64,000 bases of DNA from Lysobacterales bacterium (GTDB lineage: Bacteria > Pseudomonadota > Gammaproteobacteria > Xanthomonadales > SZUA-5), in the NCBI GenBank assembly GCA_022844165.1, contig JALHMH010000018.1:29071-93070 (forward strand), given 5' to 3'. Below, one piece after another: positions 52,101-62,619 of this stretch. The position numbers and the translations under genes are program-made. Position 1 is the stretch's first letter, and every line of letters begins with the position of its first letter. A model generated the notes under the pieces. It saw nothing but the letters and a program-made list of their open reading frames with translations. It made no database searches and was not told the DNA's origin.

Positions 52101-54926
52101 GTGAAGTTGCTCCCGCTGCTGTTGATCGCCTCGTTCGCGCATGCCCAGGATTTCTCCCCCGTCACCACACAGGTGCAATCTTTGGTCACCAGCGCCAACC
52201 TGCCCGGAGCGTCGGTGCTGGTGATCCGCGATGGACAGGTGCTCTATCAACAAGCCTTCGGCGGCTATACTTTGCAGCAACGCGTCGCGATTGCCTCGGC
52301 AAGCAAATGGTTGTCCGGCGCCGTCATCGCGCGGCTGGTCGATCGCCAGGTGATGCGCTGGGACGACACCATCGGGCAGTACTTACCGAATGCACCCGCC
52401 GACAAGCGCGCAATCACGCTGCGGCAACTTTTTTCCCATACCTCAGGCCTGCCCGGTTCTGAAACCGGCTGCCTTGGCGATGCGACGTTGGTGTATCAGT
52501 TCTGCGTCGACCAGATACTCGCTGCGCCGTTGGCCTACGCGCCGGGCACTCGATTTTCCTACGGTGGCTATTCGATGCATGTTGCCGGCCGCCTTGCAGA
52601 GATCGCCACGGGACAACGCTGGGATCAGATTTTCCGCAACGAGGTCGCTACGCCGCTTGGCATGACGCAGACGGACTACGCGTTCGCCAGCGCGGCCCCT
52701 GGGTATGTCGAAGTCAGCAATCCACGCATCTCGGGTGGCGCGCGATCAACGCTGCAGGACTTTGGTCGGCTGGCGCAAGCGTTCGTGCAGCGCGGTCAGT
52801 TCAACGGCCAAACCTGGCTCAGCTCTGGCCTTGTGGATCAACTGGTCGAGGACCAGACACGCGGCGCAACGATCCTGTCCACGCCTTTTGAAGAAGCGCA
52901 GGGCTATGGCATTGGTCTTTGGCGCGAACGGCTCGACGCCAACGGCAAGACAACCATGGCATCGAGCCCTGGCGCATTTGGTTTTTACCCGGTGTTCGAT
53001 CGCGAAGCCGGTTATGCGGGCGTGTTCCTGACGCAAAACCTGCTGCGCAATATTGAAGAGCCCGTTCAAGCCATCTGGGGCGATGTGCGCGCCATTCTCG
53101 GTACCGCCTTGCCGACGGTAAATGCAGCGAGCGGCTATCGCATTGCCGCCAGCGCAACCGCACCGACCGAGGTGTACGCTGAAGCGCCCGGTGCAGTGCG
53201 GGTGTTCGATCGTTGGCTGGGCGACGCGCCGGTTCTCGCCGATCCCCGCGCCTGGCACGCGTCGTTTCCGATGCCAGCACACGCGGTGACGCTGGCAGCC
53301 CGATTTGTCGCGATCCCGGCGCCAGGCACCACGCAAACACTGAACATCAATGGAGCGCGCTATCGGCAGCTGGTTCCGGCCAATCCCCGCGGATTGATTT
53401 TTTCGTTTCACGGCAGTGGCGGCAGTGGCGATCTGCCTTTCCAGAAACCGCAAGCCATCGAAGCGACGACGCTGTTTGTCTCTCGTGGTTTCGGCATCGT
53501 GGGCCTGGATTCGGTCAATCGGATTGATCGGCAATGGAATCCGCTGTTTTCCACCAGCAATCCCGATGTGATCAATGTCCAGGCGATCATCGACCGCTTG
53601 CGCGCCAGCGGCGTCATTGGCACCAACACGCCCATTTTTTGCGAAGGCACCAGCAACGGCGGCGGCTTCTGCTCGCGCGTGAGTGCACTGCTCAGTTTCA
53701 CCGGGCAATCGCTGATGATTGCCGACGGCATCGAAGCGATCATGGCGCAGACGCCCGTACCGACGATCTGGACGCTGGGGCGCAACGATCCAACCCTGGC
53801 GCCCGGATCGATTGAAAGAGCGCAAAGCTCGAGCGCAGGAATGACGGCGCGCGGCGTGCCGAATGAGCTGAATATCGTCGAGCCGAATCCCGTGTATCCA
53901 GAGCGATTTGCGCGAATCGACGGCATCACCGTCGATGCTTCGCGCGCCTTGACCACCAGCCTGCGTCAGGGCGGGTTTCTCGACGCTCGCGGCATGGTCG
54001 TCCGCGATCCGCGCGGCGGTGCGATCGATGCACTGATTCCCGCGGACTTGCGGCAGTTCCGCGGCGACATCACCGGAATCATGGAGAATGCCTCAGGCGC
54101 ACACGAGTACCACAGCGACTTCATCCACCGCACCGCACACTTCTTCGAAGCGCGGCTCAAGCGCAACCTCGCAGGGCTGTATTCCAAAGCCGATGAACCC
54201 GGCTGGGGGCTGAGCATTGCGCACCAAGGCGATGCGCTCTTCCCCACGTGGTATACCTACGATCAAAACGGTCGCGCGGTCTGGTTTCTCGGCGGCGCGC
54301 TTGCGCTGCAGCCGGATGGTCGTTACACCGGCCCCGCATTTCGCGCGACCGGTACACCGTTCGACCAGATCGCTGGCGACGCCGGTGCCCAACTGGTACA
54401 AGTCGGTGATTTCGCGCTGCGGCCGTTACCCGCAGGCGCACTCGAATTCGGCTACAACATTGGCGGCGTCGCGCAGCAAAAGCGAGTCGAGTTGTTCCGT
54501 TTCGGCGCATTGCCGATCTGTCGATTTACCACTGGTGCGCGCGAGGGGAGCGCCAACCGCAGTGACATCTGGTGGAATCCCAGGCAGTCGGGCTGGGGAC
54601 TGCAGCTCGCGGAGCAGGGCAACACGCTGGTCGTTGCGTGGTACACCTATGGCGCCGATCGCCAACCGATTTGGTTACTGGCCACGCTGGCAAGGGATAG
54701 CAGTGGCCGCTTTGCGGGGGCGCTGAGACGCCCGATCACCGGCACACCGTTTGCCCAAATCAACGGCACCGTTGCCTCAGGCGATCTACCCATCGTCGGC
54801 GACGCCACGGTCGAATTCGTTGACGGTCAAAGAGGTGTGTTTCGCTATCGCGTCGATGGCGTCAGCCAAAGCCGCGATATTGAGCGCTTCGTATACGGTG
54901 GGCCAGGCTTGAGTGAATGTATGTAG
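52101..54926 (+). CDS. Secreted fusion: beta-lactamase-family serine hydrolase, alpha/beta hydrolase and two C-terminal GWG...WYTY repeats
   Basis: SxxK (SASK), LFSHTSGL, PGTRFSYG; FHGSGG, GTSNGG (GxSxG); two GWGL...QG...WYTY units. Confidence 0.85.
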   Translation: MKLLPLLLIASFAHAQDFSPVTTQVQSLVTSANLPGASVLVIRDGQVLYQQAFGGYTLQQRVAIASASKWLSGAVIARLVDRQVMRWDDTIGQYLPNAPADKRAITLRQLFSHTSGLPGSETGCLGDATLVYQFCVDQILAAPLAYAPGTRFSYGGYSMHVAGRLAEIATGQRWDQIFRNEVATPLGMTQTDYAFASAAPGYVEVSNPRISGGARSTLQDFGRLAQAFVQRGQFNGQTWLSSGLVDQLVEDQTRGATILSTPFEEAQGYGIGLWRERLDANGKTTMASSPGAFGFYPVFDREAGYAGVFLTQNLLRNIEEPVQAIWGDVRAILGTALPTVNAASGYRIAASATAPTEVYAEAPGAVRVFDRWLGDAPVLADPRAWHASFPMPAHAVTLAARFVAIPAPGTTQTLNINGARYRQLVPANPRGLIFSFHGSGGSGDLPFQKPQAIEATTLFVSRGFGIVGLDSVNRIDRQWNPLFSTSNPDVINVQAIIDRLRASGVIGTNTPIFCEGTSNGGGFCSRVSALLSFTGQSLMIADGIEAIMAQTPVPTIWTLGRNDPTLAPGSIERAQSSSAGMTARGVPNELNIVEPNPVYPERFARIDGITVDASRALTTSLRQGGFLDARGMVVRDPRGGAIDALIPADLRQFRGDITGIMENASGAHEYHSDFIHRTAHFFEARLKRNLAGLYSKADEPGWGLSIAHQGDALFPTWYTYDQNGRAVWFLGGALALQPDGRYTGPAFRATGTPFDQIAGDAGAQLVQVGDFALRPLPAGALEFGYNIGGVAQQKRVELFRFGALPICRFTTGAREGSANRSDIWWNPRQSGWGLQLAEQGNTLVVAWYTYGADRQPIWLLATLARDSSGRFAGALRRPITGTPFAQINGTVASGDLPIVGDATVEFVDGQRGVFRYRVDGVSQSRDIERFVYGGPGLSECM

Positions 54927-54992
54927 CCGGGCTGACCAAGCTTTGATCCGATCCCATCCCGGAACCAAATACCTCGTCGTGCTTCAGTCCGG

Positions 54993-56363
54993 TCAGAACA
55001 CCGGTCCCGCCTGCGCTGCCAGATAGGCCATGGCCGCGTACACACCCACATTGAAGTCCAGATCGCCCGGCGCAATCTTGTCGATCGTATCGGCACTGGT
55101 GTGGTGGTAGTCGAAGTAATTGCTACCGTCTTGATTCAAACCCAGCAGCGGCATGCCGGCATCGCGCATCGTCGAAAGATCGGCGCCACCGGTCGCGTCG
55201 TTCGGCCCCAACACGATCTCCAGTGGCGCGAGCACTTGATGCATCGCCTGAATGACTGGCAGGGCTTCAGCGCGCACTCGCGTACTCATCCGATAAATGC
55301 GCCCCGCGCCAAAATCCGACTCGGCGCCGATGATGTGCTTGCCAACACTGTCCTTGTGCGCCGCAGCGTATGCCTTTCCGCCCCAAATGCCCTGTTCTTC
55401 GTTGGCGAACGCGACCACACGCACGGTGCGCTTTGGTCGCTCATCGAGCGCAGCGATAAGCTCGCCGGCCGCCATCGTGATGGCCACGCCCGCACCATTA
55501 TCGAGTGCACCCTGGCCCAGGTCCCAAGAGTCCAGATGCCCACCGATCACCACAACTTCATCGGGCGTCTCGCTTCCCAGCACTTCGCCAATGACGTTGG
55601 CCGAGGTGTAAGACCCATTGCGAACGCGGCTGCCGAGATTCAGTTCCACGGTGGTCTCGCCCAAAGAAAGAACCGCTTCCAGGGCATCGGCATCAATGTT
55701 GCCCAAAGCTGCGGCCGGTATGCGTGTCAGCATGTTGTCGTAGCGCATCGTGCCGGTGTGCGGTGTGCGCGCCTGGGCGTCTGTGCCGATCGATCGAATC
55801 AGCACTGCGGCGGCGCCTGCACGCGCGGCGAATACCGCGCCGGAAACGCGTGCCGCAACAGCCGGACCGTAACCACTGCCGTCGCGCGCACGCTGCATGC
55901 GGTTGCCGATATAGGCGATTTTGCCGCGCAACGAACCGGCAGGTGCCTTCTCCAATTCCGCGATGGTGGCAAAAGCAACAACCGAGGCGCGAATGCCGCC
56001 TTCCGGCGTGCCGATACTCCCGCCCAGCGCAGTGATAGTCAGCGGTTGCGGCGTGGGCGCAATAATCGCGGCACTTTCATAGCCACGATCCCACACTGGA
56101 AAGCTCACCGGCTGCGTGTACACACGGTCAAAGCCCATGGACTTCATTTTCGCGACAGCCCATGCGACACCCTTCGCATCGTTCGGCGTGCCCGCCATGC
56201 GATGGCCAACCTCGGTCACCAGGGATTCGACGATGCCGAAGGCGCGCCCCGAATCCTTCGCCGCATCGCGCAATTGCGCCGCCCGATCGAGGTCGGATCG
56301 CGTAAACACCTCGCCGTTCGCGATCACTGGCAAAAACAGCAGCAAGACAACCATCGAACGCAT
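54993..56363 (-). CDS. M28 family peptidase (carboxypeptidase Q-like, PA domain)
   Basis: GGHLDSWD, GALDNGAG, ANEEQG, ESD.G, YHHT.AD. Confidence 0.93.
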   Translation of the reverse strand: MRSMVVLLLFLPVIANGEVFTRSDLDRAAQLRDAAKDSGRAFGIVESLVTEVGHRMAGTPNDAKGVAWAVAKMKSMGFDRVYTQPVSFPVWDRGYESAAIIAPTPQPLTITALGGSIGTPEGGIRASVVAFATIAELEKAPAGSLRGKIAYIGNRMQRARDGSGYGPAVAARVSGAVFAARAGAAAVLIRSIGTDAQARTPHTGTMRYDNMLTRIPAAALGNIDADALEAVLSLGETTVELNLGSRVRNGSYTSANVIGEVLGSETPDEVVVIGGHLDSWDLGQGALDNGAGVAITMAAGELIAALDERPKRTVRVVAFANEEQGIWGGKAYAAAHKDSVGKHIIGAESDFGAGRIYRMSTRVRAEALPVIQAMHQVLAPLEIVLGPNDATGGADLSTMRDAGMPLLGLNQDGSNYFDYHHTSADTIDKIAPGDLDFNVGVYAAMAYLAAQAGPVF

Positions 56364-56605
56364 ACGAGTCGCCAAAGGTCCGAACACCAGCAGAGACTAG
56401 CTCAAGCACTCGGAGTCTGCAGGCGACGTCAGCTCACGGCTCGTTGTGGGTCGCGCTACAGCGCGACGCTCTTGTCTGTTGCCCACGGCAAGCCGTCAAC
56501 TCATCTTCCGCAGCGAACGTTCTCGGCAACGGAGCCTCCGGCCAGTTGCCCCTGCGTGTCGTCGCACCAGCCGCAGCGTCGGGCGCTTGTTGTAATCTTG
56601 GACAT

Positions 56606-58552
56606 ATGAAAAAACGCCTGCCCGATCCCGAGCGCGCCGCAAAAACAGCGGCGAAAATCCGTGCCTCAAAAATGGGCAAGTGGCGCGCGCTGGCGCTGAT
56701 TGCCGTGCATGTTCTGATCGGTTTGCACATCACGCATTGGCTGGTCGCCGGCGAAACCATCACGCCGGTGGAGCCCTCCGAAGCGATGGCTTTCAGCCAA
56801 TCGTCGATCATCAACGCTGGCTTTGTATTTTTTGCGGCGATGATCTTGCTCACCGCAATTTTCGGCCGCTTCTTTTGCGGCTGGGCATGTCATTTGGTGG
56901 CACTCCAGGATTGGTGCCGGCATTTAATGCTGAAGATCGGCATCACTCCGCGCCCGCTCAAATCGCGGGCGCTGATGTGGGTGCCCACGTTGGCGTTCCT
57001 CTACATGTTTATCTGGCCGCTTGCGTACCGCATCGCCGTCGGCGACTCGATCGCCATACGCGGCACCGAATTTGTCACATCGCATTTCTGGGCCACGTTT
57101 CCCGGCTGGATTGTCGGCGCACTGACGTTCCTCATTTGTGGCTTCGTCTGCGTGTACTTTCTGGGCGCCAAAGGCTTCTGCACATATGCCTGCCCCTACG
57201 GCGCGGCATTCGCGGCCGCCGATCGCCTGGCGCCGATGCGCATCCGCGTGACCGATGCCTGCAACCAATGCGGCCATTGCACCGCGGTGTGCAGCTCCAA
57301 CGTGGTCGTGCACGAGGAAGTGCGCGACTACAAAATGGTCGTCTCGCCCGGCTGCATGAAATGCCAGGACTGCGTCAGCGTCTGTCCCAACGGCGCGCTG
57401 TACTACGGCTTTGGTGCGATCCCGCTGATGGTCAAGCCACCCGAGCCGCGCCAACGGGCGCCAAAACCCATTCAGTGGCGCGACGAGGCCTTGTTGGTCA
57501 CGGTGTTCGTTTGCGCCTTCCTGATCGTGCGCGGTTTGTACGGAGTGGTGCCGTTCTTGATGTCGCTCGGCGTGGCGGGTGCCATCGCTTTTGTCGCGCT
57601 CACGCTGATGCGCTTGCTACGCGAACCCACTCTGGACCGGATCGGCTGGCGATTGAAGCGCCAGGGAACGCTCTTGCCGGCGGGACGCGCTTTTGTTGCA
57701 TTCGCCGTGCTGTTGGCGGTCTTCATGGCGCACAGCGCCGTGCATCGCTGGCAATTGCAGCAGGGCGACAACGTCTACGAGGAAATGTTCGCCGCGCGCC
57801 AGATGTTGATGAGGGCGCCCGGTGCCGGCGCCCCGTCGGAGATCGCGGATGCTGCGCGCCGCGGCATCGCGCCCTTCGATTTCGTCGATACCTGGGGATG
57901 GTTTCCAACACTCGGAAGCGCCGCCAAACAAGCCTGGCTGCACGCGATAGCTGGCGAAGATGATGCCGCAGAGCGTTACGCAAAACGGGCGTTGGAACGC
58001 AACGAACTGCCGGCCGATATGCACCAGATTCTGGCGCACATCGCCCTGCGCCAAAACAACGGTGACGCTGCGGTTCTTGCCTGGCAAGCCGCGATCGAAG
58101 AGCGCCCCGATCTTGAATCGCCCCACCTCGCCTATGGCTTGCATCTAGGTCGACAAGGTCAACTGACCCTGGCCAGCGAGGTCTTCGCTCGTGGGCTGCA
58201 AGCCATTCCGGACTCGTCGCTGCTCGCCTACAACGCGGCAGTTGCCAGAGCCATGATGGGCGACACCGCAGGCGCATTGACGTTACTCGAGCGCACCTTG
58301 GCACTCGATCCCAGCCATCACCAGGCGCGCGAGAACTACGCCGGCGCTTTGGCCAGCATCGGCCGGTACGGCGAAGCCGCCGACCAGTTCGCACTGTTGA
58401 CGATCGACAATGACACACCAGAACTCTGGCTGACTCGAGCCCAGGCTGAATTGGCAGCCGGCCGCACCGCGGCCGCACGCGCAACGCTCGAGACTCTGCT
58501 CAGTCGGCATCCTGAACACACGCAGGCGCGCGAAATTCTGGATTCTTTATGA
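56606..58552 (+). CDS. NapH/RdxA/CcoG-type polyferredoxin membrane protein fused to a C-terminal TPR domain
   Basis: GRFFCGWACH, FCTYACPYG, CNQCGHCTAVC, CMKCQDCVSVCP; multiple TM segments; TPR-like helical repeats (LALDPSHHQARENYA). Confidence 0.88.
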   Translation: MKKRLPDPERAAKTAAKIRASKMGKWRALALIAVHVLIGLHITHWLVAGETITPVEPSEAMAFSQSSIINAGFVFFAAMILLTAIFGRFFCGWACHLVALQDWCRHLMLKIGITPRPLKSRALMWVPTLAFLYMFIWPLAYRIAVGDSIAIRGTEFVTSHFWATFPGWIVGALTFLICGFVCVYFLGAKGFCTYACPYGAAFAAADRLAPMRIRVTDACNQCGHCTAVCSSNVVVHEEVRDYKMVVSPGCMKCQDCVSVCPNGALYYGFGAIPLMVKPPEPRQRAPKPIQWRDEALLVTVFVCAFLIVRGLYGVVPFLMSLGVAGAIAFVALTLMRLLREPTLDRIGWRLKRQGTLLPAGRAFVAFAVLLAVFMAHSAVHRWQLQQGDNVYEEMFAARQMLMRAPGAGAPSEIADAARRGIAPFDFVDTWGWFPTLGSAAKQAWLHAIAGEDDAAERYAKRALERNELPADMHQILAHIALRQNNGDAAVLAWQAAIEERPDLESPHLAYGLHLGRQGQLTLASEVFARGLQAIPDSSLLAYNAAVARAMMGDTAGALTLLERTLALDPSHHQARENYAGALASIGRYGEAADQFALLTIDNDTPELWLTRAQAELAAGRTAAARATLETLLSRHPEHTQAREILDSL

Positions 58553-58619
58553 AGATTTGCACATTTCATCAGCCGATTCCGGACTATCATCCGCATCGAT
58601 TTCCACTCGGGAGCGGGGA

Positions 58620-59870
58620 ATGTTCAGTTCGATCAGTCGCGGCGCGCGCGGGTTGCTCGCCAGCGTCGCTTTGTTGTCTTCTGCTGCGGCCGTCGCAGCG
58701 GGGGGGCCGGATGTGACGGTGTTTGCGTTGAGCGACACCCAGAATTACGGCGTTTCTGGCGGTATTCGTGGCTATTCGATCGGCACAACCTCTTGCAATA
58801 TTGGCACCGCACCACTCAATTGGTGCGATGAGGCTGGCGGATGCTCGAATGGTGTGATCAATCTTACCTCCAGGCAACACCCGGTCATCGCGCAGAATAT
58901 TTATCGTTTCAAAGACGGGCGCTTCGAACAAATCGGCGCCAGTTGGTTGAAGCACGGTTTCTTGTCGTTGAACAATACCTCCGCCGGTTGTGGCAATGGT
59001 TCCTGTCAAATCCCGCCGTTAGGTGGCAGCCAACTGGGCGTCGGTTGCACCGACCCATACGGCGCCGGGCTCAATGGCTCGCGCCCCCTCGGACGGCGCT
59101 CGGAAGTCAACGGCGCAACCGGTGATTTTCCTTTCCCAATCGGTGGTGGCGGCGCCACTTCTGCTGTTTGGAACCAACGAGTTGCGGTAGCTGAGTCGGA
59201 TCTGGCCCCGGCGAACAATCCCGGCGCTCGCTACTTCGCTGAAGGCCACTACATCGCAGGTGATGACGGCCTGGCGGGCAATGGTCTCAACAACGCGTCC
59301 TATCGTGAAGTTACCGTCAACGCAACCTCCTTCAATCTGAGCTTTAGTGGTGCCACGGTCCGCGAGCGCGCTGCGATCCAGGCATGGCCGGTGTTGGATC
59401 CCTCAGTCCAACTTTTCAACGTCGACATTCCTGGCAGCGAGCCGCTCGAACGCTTCCATCTGGCCCGCAAGGTCACGCAGGTCTCGCCCGGCCTTTGGCG
59501 CTACGAATTCGCAATCCACAATATGAATTCCGATCGTGGCGCAGACCGCTTCAGCATCGACTTTGGTGTCCCGACGACGTTTTCAGGCGTTGGATTCAAA
59601 GACGTAAACGCGCACTCCAATGAGCCCTACGACACCACCGATTGGGGCAATAGCGTGACTGCCACGGCAGTTCAGTGGCAGGCCGCCGCGTTTACGCCAG
59701 CGCAGGACGCCAACGCCCTGCGCTGGGGCACCATGTACAACTTCTGGTTCGAAGCGACCTCACCGCCGGTCGCGACCACAGGCGTACTACGCATCTTCAA
59801 ACCCGGCACACCCACCGAGGTCACCATCGCATTGCCCGCAGAGACGCTGTTTGCCAATGGGTTTGAATGA
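58620..59870 (+). CDS. Uncharacterised secreted Cys-rich protein with LFANGFE tail
   Basis: Signal peptide; GPDV, GTTSCNIG, QHPVIAQN, SWLKHGF, LGVGCTDPY, NALRWGTMYNFWF. Confidence 0.85.
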   Translation: MFSSISRGARGLLASVALLSSAAAVAAGGPDVTVFALSDTQNYGVSGGIRGYSIGTTSCNIGTAPLNWCDEAGGCSNGVINLTSRQHPVIAQNIYRFKDGRFEQIGASWLKHGFLSLNNTSAGCGNGSCQIPPLGGSQLGVGCTDPYGAGLNGSRPLGRRSEVNGATGDFPFPIGGGGATSAVWNQRVAVAESDLAPANNPGARYFAEGHYIAGDDGLAGNGLNNASYREVTVNATSFNLSFSGATVRERAAIQAWPVLDPSVQLFNVDIPGSEPLERFHLARKVTQVSPGLWRYEFAIHNMNSDRGADRFSIDFGVPTTFSGVGFKDVNAHSNEPYDTTDWGNSVTATAVQWQAAAFTPAQDANALRWGTMYNFWFEATSPPVATTGVLRIFKPGTPTEVTIALPAETLFANGFE

Positions 59871-59894
59871 GCTTTAGCCTCGATCGGTAACAAC

Positions 59895-59924
59895 CGTTGC
59901 GACCGCAGGGTAGCGGTCGCAACG
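59895..59924. terminator. Hairpin between convergent genes
   Basis: CCGTTGCGACCGC-AGGGTA-GCGGTCGCAACGG. Confidence 0.6.
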
Positions 59925-59997
59925 GACATGTCCGCAACGTTTGCATTGAGGCTCTCGCCAGATATGGCCTAACGGTTTCGAGTTCCATTCAAGGCGT

Positions 59998-62619
59998 TCA
60001 TCCGACAGAGCCAATCGCGACACGGGGTTGGAGCCGGGCTCGCAGTTGCTGATGAATGGGAATCTGGATGCCTTCGGCTACCTCAAGGGTAACGGCAAGG
60101 CCGTAAGGAATCGCGTCATCGAGGCTGGCCGTTGCATCCTTCTTGCATGAAACATGCAGCAAAATGCTGTCGCCATCCTGGAAGGCCGCGATTTGATCGG
60201 TGCCTTCCAACACTTCGTGCTGTACCGTTCCACGCAACACTTGATTGTGGTCTGCGTGCTGGCGCGCGAGTTTCAGCGGCAAGTCGCCCCATGAATGCGC
60301 CGGGTTCAATTCCAGCTTTGCTTCACGGTAATTGCGGTGCGCTGGATTGATTGGACTGAACCAGGCCAACGTCACCACCAATCGACGCCATTCCTGATTG
60401 CTGGAAAGGTCGATAGGAAGCGGCAGGCGATACTCGTGTATTGAATCCGCCGAGATCTCTCCACAGCCAATTACCGTGCCGCGTTGCTCGGTACAGGCCA
60501 ACACACGCTCGATTTCAACCGTGCCATAGCCGAGATAGCGCGACAGGACTTCTTTGAACTTACGTGAGTTGCTGGACGTTTTCAGCGCGGCCGTGAGCGC
60601 AGTTCGCGCCCCGTCATCATGCTTGGCTCCATGCACCAGCAGCGCCTTTATGAGCACGGAAACCAGTTGTCGCGGAATATGTTCGCCGTGTTCGGCGCGC
60701 AACGCCTCCAGCACTTCGTAAATGCGCGCTGCGCTGCGTGTGGCAATTGCCGTCGCATTGCTGGTGCCGCGTGTATGGGCCGTTTGCGAAAGCCTTCCGG
60801 CTTGGCTACTGTCCCAAGCGACTTTCTGGCCGGGTGCACCGATGGCGCGATCCAGAACGTAGAGCGAATGGCTGTCCAGCGGAGGGGTGCGGAACAACTG
60901 CCTGCCGCCGGGCAGCAGAACCTCCGGCTTCACCGAGCGGAGCAGACCGTGCCCCAGCCGATTGACAGGGCTGAACAGGGATGAATCAGGAAGCAGGTCG
61001 GTACGCTGAGCTTGGGGATAACTTCCCGCCTCGTCCGTATGACTCGCACCTACCGTGATGGCGTTGATAGACTCCGCCGGCGACAAGATTCGCCGCTCGG
61101 ACAACTGCGTTTGGATGAGCTTCAGGACATGTTCGACCTTCTGCTGGTCGGACAACAACTGAAATGATGGAATGGTCAAGCCGATGTCAATGGCGTCCGG
61201 ATAATTCCCAGCGCTGACACAGAATAGCACTCGATACTTCCATGACAGCCAATCGAGCAATCGAGCCCAGGGGCTGGTTGTGTGAATTAAAGGGCGCGCT
61301 GGATCGCCGATGGAGAGATTAATAACGCAAACATTGGGCGCTTGCGCGGGCGTGGAGCCTTCGCCTTCGAACATCCGCCTGACCGCGCGCGCAACACGAT
61401 CCTCGAAGAACACTTCGTCGGGAACGTGCTCGATTCGGTTTCTCGGGTCGGAATGCGGGTCAGGCTGCATGACGGGCAGCACATAAACTTGACGCGCCAA
61501 CGGCTCGGCATCTCCATTTGCCATGTCGCCCCACACGACCAGCGAAGCCATCGCCGTTCCGTGCTTCCTCTCGCCGGGCTGGTATTGCGCGGACAGGTTG
61601 TCCGGGTCATCAATAAGCAAACGTCCCTTCAATGCCTGATGCTGCATGTTGGGCACCCCATCAAGAATCGCCGCAATGGGAGGAAGTTCGACCTCCCCCT
61701 CTGCGATGTCTGCCTCAGCGCCTTCCCCTCCCTCTGTTGCAGCTAGGCTTTGCCCGGTGGGGCGGAAATACATGACGCCATGAAACTTGAAAAGCTGGAT
61801 ATCGGTATCGTGAGCCTCTGAAGCCAGATCATTCAGGAGTTGCCGAACACTCTGCGCTGATAATTCCGCCTTAACCGCGTGGAAGGCGATTTCCGGCATA
61901 TCGATGAAGGCTCCCAAGGGTTTGCCGCCCGTAGCTTGCAGCAGCGCCGAGACACTACGTTCAGATTGCCTCCGCAGTTCCTCGGTCCTCCGATAGAACA
62001 GTTCGATCTGGCAGCGGATTGGTTGCTCCGGATCGATGGGTTCAAGCAAATCCCGCCAGCGATCCAGCATCCCGGTCTCGCGCAGAGTTTCTTCGATACC
62101 CCAGCGGCGAATCTGCACCGTCTGGTTGAACACATCCCGCCATTTGGTTTTTCCGCTCGGTAGCGTCTGATTGTTCTTCCATTGCTGCCACAGCGACAAG
62201 AGCTCGCGTAGACCCGCTTCGTTGCCGAGCGAAAGGAACATACGGCCTTTTAAGGGATTTTCGGTGCGCATCTCCTTGTTGTTCGTCTCGAAAAAATCCT
62301 CGTCTGGCTGAATTCCATCCACGTCCCATTCGCCCATCCACTCCAGCCCGATTGCCTCGACGGCTTGGCGGAAGTCATTCACTGTTCCCGCAATTTCAAT
62401 GACGAGAATGGTCTCAGGCTCAAGCCCCGATACAGAACTGCTGACGCTCGCCTTGTAGCGATCGAAGTTCTCTTGCAAGGAATCCAGTTGTGCGCCCAAC
62501 CGGGTCACCTGCTTTCCATGTCCAGGGACATGGGGCTGCTTCACGGGAAAGCCCCTACCTGATGGCGGGACGAGGGATTTAGCCTGCGGAAACAGCAGCA
62601 GAGGGAGACGGGTTGCCAT
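59998..62619 (-). CDS. S8 subtilisin-like protease, IetS/y4bN-like
   Basis: ILDG, HGTAMAS, NLSIG, SAGN, SPAESINAITVGA, VKPE, GTSNA; no signal peptide; start overlaps the ATPase stop (TGATG). Confidence 0.88.
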   Translation of the reverse strand: MATRLPLLLFPQAKSLVPPSGRGFPVKQPHVPGHGKQVTRLGAQLDSLQENFDRYKASVSSSVSGLEPETILVIEIAGTVNDFRQAVEAIGLEWMGEWDVDGIQPDEDFFETNNKEMRTENPLKGRMFLSLGNEAGLRELLSLWQQWKNNQTLPSGKTKWRDVFNQTVQIRRWGIEETLRETGMLDRWRDLLEPIDPEQPIRCQIELFYRRTEELRRQSERSVSALLQATGGKPLGAFIDMPEIAFHAVKAELSAQSVRQLLNDLASEAHDTDIQLFKFHGVMYFRPTGQSLAATEGGEGAEADIAEGEVELPPIAAILDGVPNMQHQALKGRLLIDDPDNLSAQYQPGERKHGTAMASLVVWGDMANGDAEPLARQVYVLPVMQPDPHSDPRNRIEHVPDEVFFEDRVARAVRRMFEGEGSTPAQAPNVCVINLSIGDPARPLIHTTSPWARLLDWLSWKYRVLFCVSAGNYPDAIDIGLTIPSFQLLSDQQKVEHVLKLIQTQLSERRILSPAESINAITVGASHTDEAGSYPQAQRTDLLPDSSLFSPVNRLGHGLLRSVKPEVLLPGGRQLFRTPPLDSHSLYVLDRAIGAPGQKVAWDSSQAGRLSQTAHTRGTSNATAIATRSAARIYEVLEALRAEHGEHIPRQLVSVLIKALLVHGAKHDDGARTALTAALKTSSNSRKFKEVLSRYLGYGTVEIERVLACTEQRGTVIGCGEISADSIHEYRLPLPIDLSSNQEWRRLVVTLAWFSPINPAHRNYREAKLELNPAHSWGDLPLKLARQHADHNQVLRGTVQHEVLEGTDQIAAFQDGDSILLHVSCKKDATASLDDAIPYGLAVTLEVAEGIQIPIHQQLRARLQPRVAIGSVG

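Noticed and set aside
59966-60000. GCCTAAC/GTTAGGC as an integron attC site after the S8 protease
   Set aside because: No matching inverse core at attC distance, no attC-like hairpin and no integrase.
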